From contig OX597818.1 of NCBI GenBank assembly GCA_951406725.2, positions 2,790,001-2,854,000 on the forward strand: DNA of 64,000 nucleotides, written 5' to 3'. This DNA is from Octopus vulgaris (Eukaryota). This document shows, piece by piece, positions 12,500 to 26,849 of this stretch. The notes under the pieces are model-generated. The model had not been told where the DNA came from and searched no databases. It saw only the letters and a list, made by a program, of their open reading frames with translations. The position numbers and the translations under genes are program-made. Numbering within the stretch: the first letter of the stretch is position 1; every line of letters begins with the position of its first letter.

Positions 12500-15400
12500 C
12501 ATACATACATACATACTTAAATGCATACATACCCACTTACATACCTACATACATACCTGCCTCCCTACCTCCCTACCTACCTACATACATACCTACATAC
12601 ATACACACATACATACCTACATACATACCTACCTCTCTACCTGCCTACCTACATACCTACATACATACATACCCACATACATACCTACATACATACCCAC
12701 ATACATACCTACCTACCTACCCACATACATACCTACATACCCACATACATACCTACATACATACATACATACATGCCCACATACATACCTACATACATAC
12801 ATACCCACATACCTACGTACATACCTACATACACACCTACATACATACATACCCACATACATACCTACATACATACCTACCTACCTAGCTTCCTACATAT
12901 ATACATACTTACCTACATACATACATACATACATACATAACCAGGTGATACACGAAGGAGTCATACCCAATGACTGGTGTAGCAGCATACTAGTCAACTG
13001 CTACAAAGGTAAAGGAGACGCCCTAGATACAAATAATTACAGAGGTATCAAGCTGTTGGATCTGGTAATGAAGGTTACAGAGAGGGTCATAGCCCAACTG
13101 ATTAGGGAGAGAGTCAACTTGGACGAGATGCAGTTTGGTTTCATGCCAGGGAAAAGCACCACTGATGCCATATTTCTGGTGAGACAGCTGCAGGAGAAAT
13201 ACCTAGCCAAAGATAAGCCCCTGTACCTGGCTTTCGTTGACATGGAGAAAGCCTTTGACAGGATCCCCCGATCCCTTATCTGGTGGTCAATGAGGAAACT
13301 AGGGATAGATGAATGGCTGGTGAGGGCTGTGCAAGCCATGTACAGGGATGCCGTAAGTAAGGTTAGGGTTGGCAACATGTACACAGAAGAATTCAAAGTA
13401 GAGATTGGGGTCCACCAGGATTCAGTACTCAGCCCCCTCCTGATTATCATACCTACCTACATACATACATACCCACATACCTACATACATCCCTACATAA
13501 CTACATACATACATACATACCCATATACCCACATACATACCTACCTACCTACCTACCTACCTATCTAATACCTACATGCATACATACATACCCATATACC
13601 TATATACATACATACATGCATACATACATACATACCTACCTACCTACCTACATACATACATACATAACCACATACCCACATATCTACCTACTTACATACC
13701 TACATACCTACCTACATACATACATACATACCCACATACCGACATACATACCTACATACCTACATACATACATACATACATACATACCCACATACATACA
13801 AAAATACATACCTACGTACATAATACCTACCTACCTACCTACTTATATACATACATACATACATACACACATACCCACCTACATACATACATATCTACCT
13901 ACCTGCATACATACATACATACCCACGTAGCTACATACATACCTATATACATACATACATACATACCTACCTACCTACCTACATACATACATACCTACCT
14001 ACATACACACATACATACATACCTACATAAATACATACATACATACCCACATACATACCTACAAACATAATACCTACATACCTACGTACCTAGCTACATA
14101 CATACCTACATACCTACATACGTACCTACATACATACATAGATACCCACATACATACCTACATACATACCTACCTAACTCCAGGCAATTACGGAGGAATT
14201 CAAGACAGGTTGCCCCTAGGAGCTCCTATATGCTGACGACCTTGCTCTAATTGCTGAGTCACTAGCAGAACTGGAGGAGAAGTTCCAGGTGTGGAAGGAG
14301 GGTCTAGAATCGAGGGGCCTTAGAGTCAACCTAGTTAAAACCAAAGTACTAATAAGTAGGAAGGTAGACAATCCACAAATGTCTTCAGGAAGATGGAGCA
14401 GTGGAGGGAACCCGTGGAAGAGGTAGACCCAGGAAAACTTGGGACGGGGTGGTGAAGCACGACCTTCGAACTTTAGGTCTCACTGAGTAAATGACCAGCG
14501 ACCGAGACCTTTGGAAATATGCTGTGCGTGAAAAGACCAGGCAGGACAAGTGAGTCCAGCCCACTTATGCATGCCTTTCCTCCCTTGGACACACAAAGAC
14601 CTGTTGAGGCAAGCGAAGTCGATATCGAACCTCATCCGACGACAGGCACCTATGCCAACCCCACTTTGCTTGCGAAAACCTGTTGAGGCAAGTGGAATCG
14701 AACTCGGAATCGAAATTGAACCAATCCTATGACTGGCACCCGGCAGATGCCAGGACCCCTAGACTGGAGATACGTAAAAAGCACTATCCGAATCATGGCC
14801 AATGCCAGCGCCGCCTCGACTGGCTTCCGTGTCGGTGGAACGTGAAAAGCACCATCCGAATCGTGGCCGAAGCCAGTGCCGCCTCGACTGGTTTCCGTGC
14901 CAGTGGCACGAAAAATGCACCAATCTGACCGTGGCCGATGCCAGCCTCGCCTGGCACCAGTGCAGGTGGCACGTAAAAAGAACCCACTACACTCACAGAG
15001 TGGTTGGCGTTAGGAAGGGCATCCAGCTGTAGAAACATTGCCAGATAAGACCGGAGCCTGGTGCAGCCTTCTGGCTCCCCAGATCCCCGGTCGAACCGTC
15101 TAACCCATGCTAGCATGGAGAACGGTCGTTAAACGATGATGATGATGACGATGATACATACATACATACTGACATACCCACATACATACATACATACCCA
15201 CATACATACCTACATACCCACATACCCGCATACATACCTACATACCTACGTACCTAGCTACACACATACATACATACCCACATACCTACATACATACAGA
15301 TACCCACATACCCACATACATACCTAGATACATACCTACCTACCTGCCTACCTACCTACATACATACATACACACCAACATACCTACATACATACCTACA

Positions 15401-17155
15401 TACATACATACATACATAAATACATACATACATACCCACATACATACCTACATACATAATACCTACATACCTACCATACATACATACATACATACACATA
15501 CCTACATACATACATAGATACATAAATACATACATACCTGCATACCCACATACATAACTACATACCTACCTACATACATACATACATACATACATACATA
15601 CATACATACATAATACCTACCTACCTACCTACATACATACATACATACCCACATACATACCTTTTTACATACCTACCTACCTACATACATACATATATAC
15701 ATACATGCATACATACCTACCAACCTACATACATACATACATACGTACATACCTACATACATACATACATACATACCTAGATACCTACATACATACATAC
15801 ATACCCACATACGTACCTACATACATATACATACCCACTACCCACAAACATACATACATACATACATACATACATACATACATACCCACATACTTACATA
15901 CATACATACATACATACATAACCACATACCTACATGCATAACTACATAAATACATACCTACCTACGAACCTACCTACCTACCTCCATACATACTTACATA
16001 CATAAATATCCACATATCTGCATACATACGTACATACTTACATACATACATATACACATACATACCCACATACATACCTACATACCAAACTATCTACCTA
16101 CCTGCATACATACATATCTACCTAACTACCTACCTACCTACATACATACATACCCACATACCTACATACATCCCTACATAACTACATACTTACATACATA
16201 CCCATATACACACATACATACCTACCTACCTACCTACATACCTACCTAATACCTACATGCATACATACATACCCATATACCTATATACATACATACATGC
16301 ATACATACATACATACCTACCTACCTACCTACCTACCTACATACATACCCACATATCTACCTACTTACATACCTACCTTCCTACATACATACATACCCAC
16401 ATACCGACATACATACCTACATACCTACCTACATACATACATACCCACATACCGACATACATACCTACACACCTACCTACATACATACATACATACCCAC
16501 ATACATACAAAAATACATACCTACGTACATAATACCTACCTACCTACCTACTTATATACATACATACATACATACATACACACATAGCTACATACATACC
16601 TATATACATACATACATACATACCTACCTACCTACATACATACATACCTACATATATACACACATACATACATACCTACATAAATACATACATACATACC
16701 CACATACATACCTACAAACATAATACCTACATACCTACGTACCTAGCTACATACATACATACCTACATACCTACATACGTACCTACATACATACATAGAT
16801 ACCCACACATACCCACATACATACCTACATACCTACCTACCTAACTGCCTACCTACCTACATACATACATACACACAAATATACCTACATACATACATAC
16901 ATACGTACATACATACATAAATACATACATACATACCTACATACATACATAGATACATAAATACATACATACCCGCATACCCACATACATAACTACATAC
17001 CTACCTACATACATACATACCCACATACATACCTACATACATAATACCAACCTACCTACATACATACATACCTTTTTACATACCTACCTACCTACCTACC
17101 TACATATATACATATATACATACATACATACATACCTACCTACCTACAACCTACA

Positions 17156-17190
<35 letters not shown>

Positions 17191-19455
17191 CCACATACCT
17201 ACATACATACATAAATATATACATACATATATACCTACATACATACCTACATATATACATACCTACATACATACATACATACCTACATACATACATACAC
17301 ACATACCCACGTACATACCTACATACATATATACCTACCTACCTACCAATATACATACATAAATACATACATACATATGTACCTACATAAATACATACTC
17401 ACATACATACCTACATGCATAATACCTACATACCTATGTACCTACCTACATACACACATACCCACATACATACCTACATACATACATACGTACCTACATA
17501 CCCACATACATACCTACTTACATACATACCTACTATCCTACCTACCTACAAACATACATACATACCAATATACCTACATACATACATACATACATACATA
17601 CATAAATACATACACACATACATACCTACATACATAATACCTACTTACATACATACAGACATACCCACATACCTAGATACATACATACATACCCACATAG
17701 ATACCTACATACATACATACATACATACTTACATACCTACATACATACATACCTAATACATACCCACATACATACCAACATACATACCTACCTAACCTCC
17801 TTCATACATACATACATACATATATACATACCCTCTACATACATACATACCCACCCACAAACAAACATACCTACATACATACCTACCTAACTACATACAT
17901 ACATACATACATACCCAAATACTTACATACATACCTAGATACCTACATACCTAACTATCTATCTACCTACCTTTTACCGTCATGCATACATACATACCCA
18001 TATACCTACATACATACATAGATACATACATACATACCTACATACCTACATACATACATACATACATAACCACATACCCACATATCTACCTACGTACATA
18101 CCTACCTACCTACATACATACATACAAACATACCCACATACGGACATACATACCTACATACCTACATACCTACCTACCTACATACATACATACATACATA
18201 CCCACATGCATACATACATACATACATCCATACATACCTACCTACCTATCTACCTACATACATACATACATACCCACATACCTACATATATACCTACCTA
18301 CCTACCTACATATATACATACATACCAACATACCTACATACCTACCTACATACATACATATATACATACATACATACTTACATACCCACATACATAACTA
18401 CATACATACCTACCTACCAACCTACCTACCTACATGCTGACATACATACATACATACCCACTACCCAGAAACATACCTACACACATACCTACCTACCTAC
18501 ATACATACATACCCACATACATACCTACCAACCTAGCTTCCTACTTACATACATACATACATACACACCCACATACCTACATACATACGTACATACATAC
18601 AGACATACCTACATACCTACCTACTTACCTACATACATACATGCATACATACATACATACATACAAACATACATACCCACATACCTACATACATACCTAC
18701 ATACATACATATATATACATACATACGTACTTACATACATAACCACATACCCACATACATAACTACATACATACCTACCTACCTACATACATACATATAT
18801 ACATACGTACATACATATCTACATACATACATACACACATACATACCTACATACCTACCTACATACAGACATACATACCCACTTACATACCTACATTCCT
18901 ACCTACCTACTTACCTATCTATGTACATACCTACCTACCTACCTACATACATACAGATATACCCACATACCCATATACATACCTACATACATACCTACCT
19001 ACCTACCTACATACATACCTACCTACCTACCTACATACTTTTATACATACATACCCATATACGTACATGCATAACGTCATACCTATATACATACATACAT
19101 ACCCACATACCCTCATACATACCTACAAACATACCTACCTACCTACTTACCTACATACATACATACCCATATACCTACATACTTACCTATATACCTACAT
19201 ACATACATACCCACATGCCTACATACATACCCACATACCTACATACATACCTACATACCTGCATACATAATTACATACCCACATATCCAAATACATACCT
19301 ACATACATACCTACCTACCTACCTACATACATAGATACATACATACCCACATACCTACATAACTACATACATCCATACATACACACACACACATATACAT
19401 ACATACATACATACATACCCACATACATACCAACATACCAACCTACCTACCTCCC
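12500..19455. repeat. Large degenerate (CATA/CCTA/CCCA)n tetranucleotide array with higher-order structure, interrupted by LINE pieces
   Basis: Seen directly. Further tracts at 21290-21497, 23650-23835 and, on the opposite strand, 25985-26100. This array produces the spurious HTYI-type ORFs. Confidence 0.95.
12939..15150 (+). mobile_element. 5'-truncated RTE LINE (RT domain, 3' UTR, (GAT)n tail), split at 13451-14176 by microsatellite
   Basis: RT motifs QFGFMPGKST, AFVDMEKAFD and GVHQDSVLSPLL in 12945-13450. The ORF resumes LQAITEEFKTGCP.ELLYADDL at 14177. Confidence 0.9.
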
Positions 19456-19464
19456 TACAAACAT

Positions 19465-21287
19465 GAAAATTGAAAAGTAAGAACGCTTCAAAATCGCGGC
19501 AAACGCCAGTAGCAATCCAAAAACCTTCTTCGCCCATGTCCAACGGAATTCCCGCTTGAACAATTAAATTGCAATGTTGGTAGACTCAACAGGCGTATCG
19601 ATTGAGGACCCTTATCAACAGAGTCAATTATTTGCCGAGGCTTTTTCAAACAAGATGATGGTCGTGAACCCCCTCCATTTGATAGATCGGTACCTCCAAT
19701 GCTTCGATTGGTCATCACATGGGACGAAGTCAGACGTGTTATTCAAGGCCTCGATGTCAACAAGAGTCACGGCCCTGACGGCATACACCCATGGGTTATC
19801 AAAGCATTGGCTCCGGTCATCTGCGAGCCCTTAACACGTCTGTTGAATATGTCATTGGCGACGGGTGGTATACCTGCGGACTGGAGAACAGCGATAATCT
19901 GCCCAATTTTCAAGAAAGGGAGCCGCGAAGACCCGCCTAACTACCGACCGGTTTCCCTTACATCAATAATCAGCAAGATGTTTGAAACCATCCTTAAGTA
20001 AAGTATGATGCTCCACCTCCAAAACACAGCCTCTATCTCTGATTCCCAACACGGCTTCGTGCCGAAGAGATCATGCTTGACCAACTTACTGGTAATGGAA
20101 GAATTGGTGACACGCATCCTCGATGATTGTGATGCTGTTGACATCGTTTTATTGGATTTTGCCAAAGCTTTTGACACGGTAAACCACTATTACTTGTCAA
20201 GCTTCAAGCATATAGTTTCCATCCGGATATTGTATGATGGGTCGGTGCCTTCCTCTCCGATCGCTCCTTCCAAGTCCAAGTAAATGGTTCGCGGTCCGAC
20301 GTCTCCAGTGCGAGCAGTGGCATGCCTCAAGGTTCAGTGCTTGGGCCCTTATTGTTCTTAGTCTTGATAAATGACTTGCCCGATGACCTCACGCAACACA
20401 CCCTTCTATTTGCCGATGATGTCAAACTGGCCGCTCCTCGCGGTGATATAGAGGATCTTCGTCGATGCCTCCACCAAATTTAGAGGTAGTCTAACGAATG
20501 GGACCTGTGTCTGAACATGTCAAAGTGCTGTCATCTGCCTGTTGGCTCTCCTCCTGCAACTCAACTTGATTTCGAGCCGGGTCGTCTGCTGCTGGAGAGG
20601 ACCGATCAGGTAAAGGACCTGGGTATCTTGGTGGATTCCTCCTTTTCACCTTCGGCCCAGTGCGTCCATGCTGCCAACAAAGCACGTGGAATTCTGTTCT
20701 TGATTCGACGGTCATTCGGAATGCTCACAGCAGCCATATTCCTACCGCTCTATGTCACGCTGGTGAGACCCATATTGGAGTACGGGATTCAAGCCTCTTC
20801 TCCTTATCTCCTCAAAGACATACAGCATCTCGAAAGAGTCCAGAAGCTGGCTATCCGCATGGTTCATGGTCTCAAGAATTTGTCTTATGAGGAAAGGCTG
20901 AAGACGCTCGACCTTTATTCTCTAGAAAAACGCCACCGCCGTGGTGATCTCATTCTCGCTCACAACATCATAAGCGGAAAGTGTAACCTCTCGAAAGAGC
21001 TGTTCTTCACTCCTGCTCCAGAGCGTCGGCTGTGGGGTCATTCCGAAACGCTCTACCTGCGACGATTTAATCTCAATCGAAGGAGAGGAGCTTTCTCCGT
21101 CCGGGTTGCGGATCCGTGGAACAAGCTGCCAGACGAGATGGTGAAGATGCTGACGACCGCTTTGTTCAAAGTCTCCCTTGACCTCAAGTGGCCTGAACTC
21201 TTTACATGAACACCACCCTGTACTTAACTCTATGTCCCCCTACATGGCCTTGCTTTTTGCTTTTGAGCCAAAAAATTAACTAACTAA
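19465..21287 (+). mobile_element. 5'-truncated CR1-clade LINE (RT, C-terminus and 3' tail)
   Basis: KSHGPDGIHP, NYRPVSLTS, QHGFVPKRSCLTNL, LDFAKAFD, LFADD, LVRPILEY and WNKLP motifs. Tail (TAAC)n. Few disruptions. Confidence 0.9.
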
Positions 21288-21497
21288 TATATACATACAT
21301 ACCTATATAAATACCTACATTCCTACATACATACATATATACATACATGCATACATACATACCCACATACATATGCACATACCCACATACATACCTACAT
21401 ACATACCCACATACATACCTACATACCAACCTATCTACTTACCTACATACATACATACACACAAACATATCTACATATTACCTACCTACCTATATAC

Positions 21498-23646
21498 AAT
21501 CAAGGGAAATGTAATAGATAACTTTAGGCCCATCACTCTGCTTAATGCAGACTTGAAAATTTTGGCCAAGGTGCTAGCCAAGAGGTTGGCGCTTGTCATC
21601 GAGAAACTAGTCGACAAGGCGCAAACATGCACCCTGCCGGGCCGGGCCATCCACGACATCCTCCACCTGATGCGCTATATCATAGACAGGGTAGTTAACG
21701 AACCTGGCATGGGTGGGGCGCTGATCAATTTGGATCAATCAAAAGCTTTCAATAGGGTGGACCATCGATACTCAGAGCGGCTGACTTCGGTCCCGTCTTC
21801 CGCAGCTGGATAGCTGCTTTGTACAGAAGCATCCGTTCGGTAATTCGCGTGAATGGACATCTATCGAGACCTTTCGACATCGCACGTTCGGTCCGTCAGG
21901 GATGCCCCCTCTCGTCGCTTCTATACAGATTGACTCTCGAGCCATTATTGCGGAAGCTGGCAACTTTGAGGGGCATCCCGCGAGAACTGGGATGCGGGAC
22001 GAGCGTGTCTGCATACGCGGATGATGTCACCATCATAGTGTCTAGCCACGAGCACATCGAGCAGGTCGGCGAGACACTGAAAAACTACAAAGGGGTGACA
22101 GGAGCGAAAATCAACCGGGAAAAGTCAGTGGGCTTGCGACTAGGCACCTGGAGAAGCAAGCCCATGCCGTCCACCAGCGCCTCCGTCGTGGGACGCTGGA
22201 CCAACGGCCCAGTCGAGTTGCTCGGGGTCTGGTTCAGACCGGACCTCCAAGTGGAGAAGAATTGGAACGAGATAACGAGTAGGGTGGTCACTCTCACCCG
22301 GCAATGGGCCGAGAGGAAACTGTCCCTAAAAGGTCGGTTGGAGGTGGCGAACACGTACATCGCGTCCGTCATCTACTACCGCCTGACCGTCGTGCCTTGT
22401 CCCGACTCTACCATCACCAAACTAGAACGCATTCTCTTTCGCTTCTTGTGGAAAGGATGCGTCCCGATGGTCAGGCGATCCATTTGCTGTCAACACCCAT
22501 TAAAAGGAGGAATGGGCATGCCGTGGTTGATGATGCGCAGACACGCGCTGAGACTACAACATCTCAGGCTCTTGGTAGACGACGGTGAACAGGTGTGGTT
22601 GCCGTTTGTGAGGCATGCTTTCCCGCAGCTCGTCTCCATGACCGAACTGCAATCGTGGATTAAAAAGAGGCCGAGGAAGGGCGAATGGCACCGCGAGTTT
22701 CGCGTTGCTCTCAAGCAACTCTGCCGTCCTGGGTCACCCTTGAGTGACTCCATCACAACCAAAGCATTCTATAGGGGATTAGTGGAGGGGAGGTACGACG
22801 ACGAGCTCAGGGCAAACCTGGACGTCGACGAGGAATACCTGACCCGCCTGTTCTGCACGCACTCATGCAGTGTCCAACAATTTCCGACCTGTGAGCTTAT
22901 GTCAAACAACTGCTGTCATGTGTGGGACAAGTCGGTTTATCAGCTGAGTCTATCGTCAATATTGTCACGCCTCCTTCCTTCAAACAGGAAGCAAGAGCTA
23001 TTTTCATCATCCTTGTGGCTATGGCGAAAGAATGTATCTGGTGGACGCGTCTGAAAGGATTGGAGACAAACACTTTCCTCTCTGGTCAACCTCTCATCAA
23101 TTTCTTCAAGTACCACTTCAAAAGGAAAGTGAGAGTAGAGAGGCAAGTTTTGTCTAGCGAATGTTTTAAAAAAAGATGGGTGAATGTAGCAAGGATGGCA
23201 CGTATGAATGACGAAGCCACCTTGAGCATAATCCTATGAACCCAGAAACTGAAAACAGAGGGTTACCCACTTGCAAACAAATGTGGTAACATATAACAAT
23301 ATTGACCAAGGGTACCGTGGTCTTACTTGCTTTCCCCTTTACACCATATATCATAACACTGATACACGATCCCTATTGATCGGTTTTTTTTTCCTCTTCC
23401 CCTTTTTTCTTCTTTTTCCATTTCTCTTTTCTTTTGTTCCTTTTCCTTTTTTTTTTCTTTTTTATTTTATTTATTTTTTTTTTTTTGTTCTTTTCTTCCC
23501 TTTTACGATCCCTCTTGATCGAAAACCTACGCCACCCCACCTTTTTTTTGTTTCTTTTGTTTTTTGTTTTTTTCATCCCCCAAAAGAAAAGCTCTACCTT
23601 GTAACTTGTCCCATCTGTGTGCAGCCCTGTGTGGCCAATAAAGAAA
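21498..23646 (+). mobile_element. 5'-truncated Tx1/L1-clade LINE (RT, 3' UTR)
   Basis: FRPITLLNADLKILAK, LDQSKAF, VRQGCPLS, AYADD and KLSLKGR motifs. T-rich 3' UTR ending GCAGCCCTGTGTGGCCAATAAAGAAA. Confidence 0.9.
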
Positions 23647-23835
23647 CTTATCTACCTACCTACCTACATACATACATACATACCCACATACCTACATACA
23701 TTAATACATACATACATACCCATATACCCACATACCTACATACATACCTACATACCTATATACATACATACATACATACATACATACATACATACATACA
23801 TACATACATACATGCATGCATGCATGCATGCATGC

Positions 23836-25985
23836 CCCCTCGTTATCGAGAATGGCCATTGCATGAAGCTTAACTGTTACTGGTGCTAAGATCTACAACG
23901 TCATGTACAGAATTGGCAGCTGAAACCTTTACTGGTAATAGCCGTCTGTAATTGTAACTGGGCTTTATGTACCTTTGTATGTTGTTTAAGTCCACCTGCC
24001 GAATTACACTCTCTTCCACATGCCTGACAGATATGATTAGTATGGTGTGTAACACCACCACCAGTGGCCAGGTTGTCACTTATCTGTCTCGCTTTATGAC
24101 TACGAAGATGACTCTTGAGTTCAGCTTTACTGAGACAGGGTCTTGCACAGACACTGCATGACAGCATCATAGGAAGACCCTTCCCATCTGGAAGTGTACC
24201 AGTGATGCCCTTCCTGACATCCCTACTTACTTTCTCATGTGCAACTCGAGATTTCTCAAAAGTAGCTGTCCCCTCGTGCATAATCCTTCTCCATCTGCTA
24301 CGATCAATAGCTATGCCCTCCCATGTGTCAGGATAAATGCAAGCATCTCTTAAGAGGAGCCTTCAGCAAGCCCTTATACCTCTTTTTTTGTTTATGTGGC
24401 GGTCGTTCTCATTTAGCTAACTCTCCATAAAAGAGTTGTTTTGGCATCCTTGAATCATTCATCTTGACCAGATGACCACTCCATCTGAGCCTTTGCTTTA
24501 ACACAAGAGTATCTATACTTTCACACTGAGAGCCTTCCAATATTTCAAGATCACTGATGCGGTCCTCCCACTTAATGCCATAGATTCGTCTGAGACACAT
24601 CTGATGGAAACGTTCCAGTTCTTTAAGGTGGTATCGATATGTGACCTACATTTTGCAGGCATAGAGAAGAGAAGGGAGCACCTTGTACACCTTTATCTTT
24701 GTCTTTCTGCATATGTCTCACCGACTCCAGAGGCACCTTTCTAGCCTTCCGAAAGCAACACTTGCTTTCCTAATTCTATATGGAATTTCATCATCCAAAT
24801 TGCTATATCTATTAACAGTGCTTCCCAGGTAGACAAACTGAGCAACTACATCAAGTCGTTTACCATACACATAGATATTTGGTACACTATACTGCTTGCC
24901 AGGGGCAGGTTGGTACATGACAACAGTTTTCTTGAGATTGACTATCAATCCTAAGGTAGTGCAAGCATCAGAGAATGCATTCAAAATGTGTTGCATATCA
25001 ATCTCTGTGTGTGCTACTAGATCACAATCATCTGCATACAAAAGGTCTCTTATGATAGAGGTAAATACCTTTGTTTTTGCAGCAAAGCGCCTGATATTAA
25101 ATATGCTGCCAGAGATTTGATAATGGATGTGAACACCATATCTATAGTTTCTGAATGCAATACAGAAAACTATTGCAAAATATATGGCAAATAGGGTTGG
25201 TGCCAGTATATCCCCCTGTTTCACTCCATTTTGTATTGAAATAGGCTCCGACATTTTCCCTCTAACATTAACCCTACCCTTCATGTCTTCATGAAAAGAC
25301 CTAACCAAAACAAGGAACTTTTCAGGACACCCAAGTTGCTGGAGGACTTTCCACAATGCTTTTCTATTGACGGTATCAAAGGCTTTTGTCAGATCGACAA
25401 AAACCTGATACAAATCCAGACCCTGTACCACACACTTCTCCTGAAGCTGTCTAGCTGAAAAGATCATATCAGCAGTGCCACGTCCCACATGAAAGCTAGA
25501 TTGACTTTCTGGAAGAACACAATCTGCAACATATTTCAGCAGATGATCCAGAAGTACCCTGCATAAAACCTTTCCTACGAAAGCAATGATATTCCCCTAT
25601 AATTACCACAATCATTCCTGTTGCCCTTTCCCTTATGCAAGACCACCATTACTGTATCTCTCCAATCCTCAGGTACAGATTCACTAGCCCATATCTTACC
25701 AAACAAAGAGTGAAGTTGCTGCAGAAGTTACCACCATGCTGTAACAACTCCGCATGTATGCCATACCCGGAGACTTCCCATTATTCATCCTTGAGACAGC
25801 CACTGCAACTTCATCCAACTCTGGTGGTTCTGCGAGTGCTGCCTTCACAGGTAATCCAGGGATGAGATTGAGAACATCCTCACTAACTACAGACTGCTGA
25901 TTCAAAAATTCATCAAAGTGTTCTTGCCACCTTCGCAGAATTTCTTGTGAATCACAAAGAAGTTCTTTACCATCCCTGCTTTGAA
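23836..25985 (-). mobile_element. RTE-BovB-like LINE fragment (RT and C-terminal C2H2 fingers)
   Basis: ORF 24718-25488 has FVDLTKAFD, GVKQGDILAP and LLYADD. ORF 23901-24281 has CSVCARPC..H..H and CQACGREC..H..H. Confidence 0.88.
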
Positions 25986-26849
25986 TGTATGTATGTATGT
26001 ATGTATGTATGTATGTATGTATGTATGTATGTATGTATGTATGTATGCATTTATGCATGCATGTATGCATGTATGTATGTATATATGCATGCATGCATGA
26101 ATATAATTACTATATCTTTCATATTCAGCAGGGAACAAGTTTCCGAAAAAGTACTTTTTTCTAAGATCAAGTTTTTTTTTTTTCTTCTTTGAAGATTTCT
26201 TCGTATATACGAAAATATGCGAAGGAATTTCCTTCCAGCAACTGTTGGTTTTGTGGATCTTTACCTTTTGACCGACAGATTTAAAAAATAATTTTTTGCA
26301 ACTAAACACTTTCAAACTTCAGACACTGGTAGAATGTGTCATATAAAACATCTTTAACTCTTAGCGTTTTTGAGAAAAGCTGATATTTACGAAGTTATTT
26401 CATGTTAAAGTTGTCATATTTTGGTAATTTCAACCAATCAATGACGTGTATTCAGCTGAATAAAATTACTGCCGTTGTTTGTCAACAACAACTATCGGCA
26501 GTGTAGGATGAAGTGTAGGGTTAAGTTTAGTTTTAGGTTTTTTGTTATGGTTAGGTTTAATTTTAGCTTTAAGGTTAGGTTTATGTTTAGGTTTTGCTTT
26601 AGATTTTGGTTTAGGGTAAAGGTCAGGTTTAAGGTTAGGGGTGTTGTAAGGGTTAAGGCAGAGTTAGAGTTAGAATTATTGTTAGGAGTCTGCATTAGGG
26701 TTAGGCTTAGGTTCAGGTTTGGGACGAGGATTAGGGTTAGGTTTAGTGTAAGGGTTCTCGATAGGGTTAGGATTAGGGTTGGGTTATGATTCATGTGAGG
26801 GTTTGTGTTTCCAAGTCTAATTAATGTTTCTGAGTTTCATTTTCGAAAT

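Noticed and set aside
12521-19334. Many His/Thr/Tyr/Ile/Pro-rich ORFs
   Set aside because: They are stop-poor translations of the CATA/CCTA microsatellite, not genes.
10965-26790. Inward-facing CCCTAA and TTAGGG tracts as telomeres or ends of one large element
   Set aside because: They are highly degenerate, are not exact inverted copies, show no TSD, and similar tracts occur elsewhere (2890-3020, 37820-37840).
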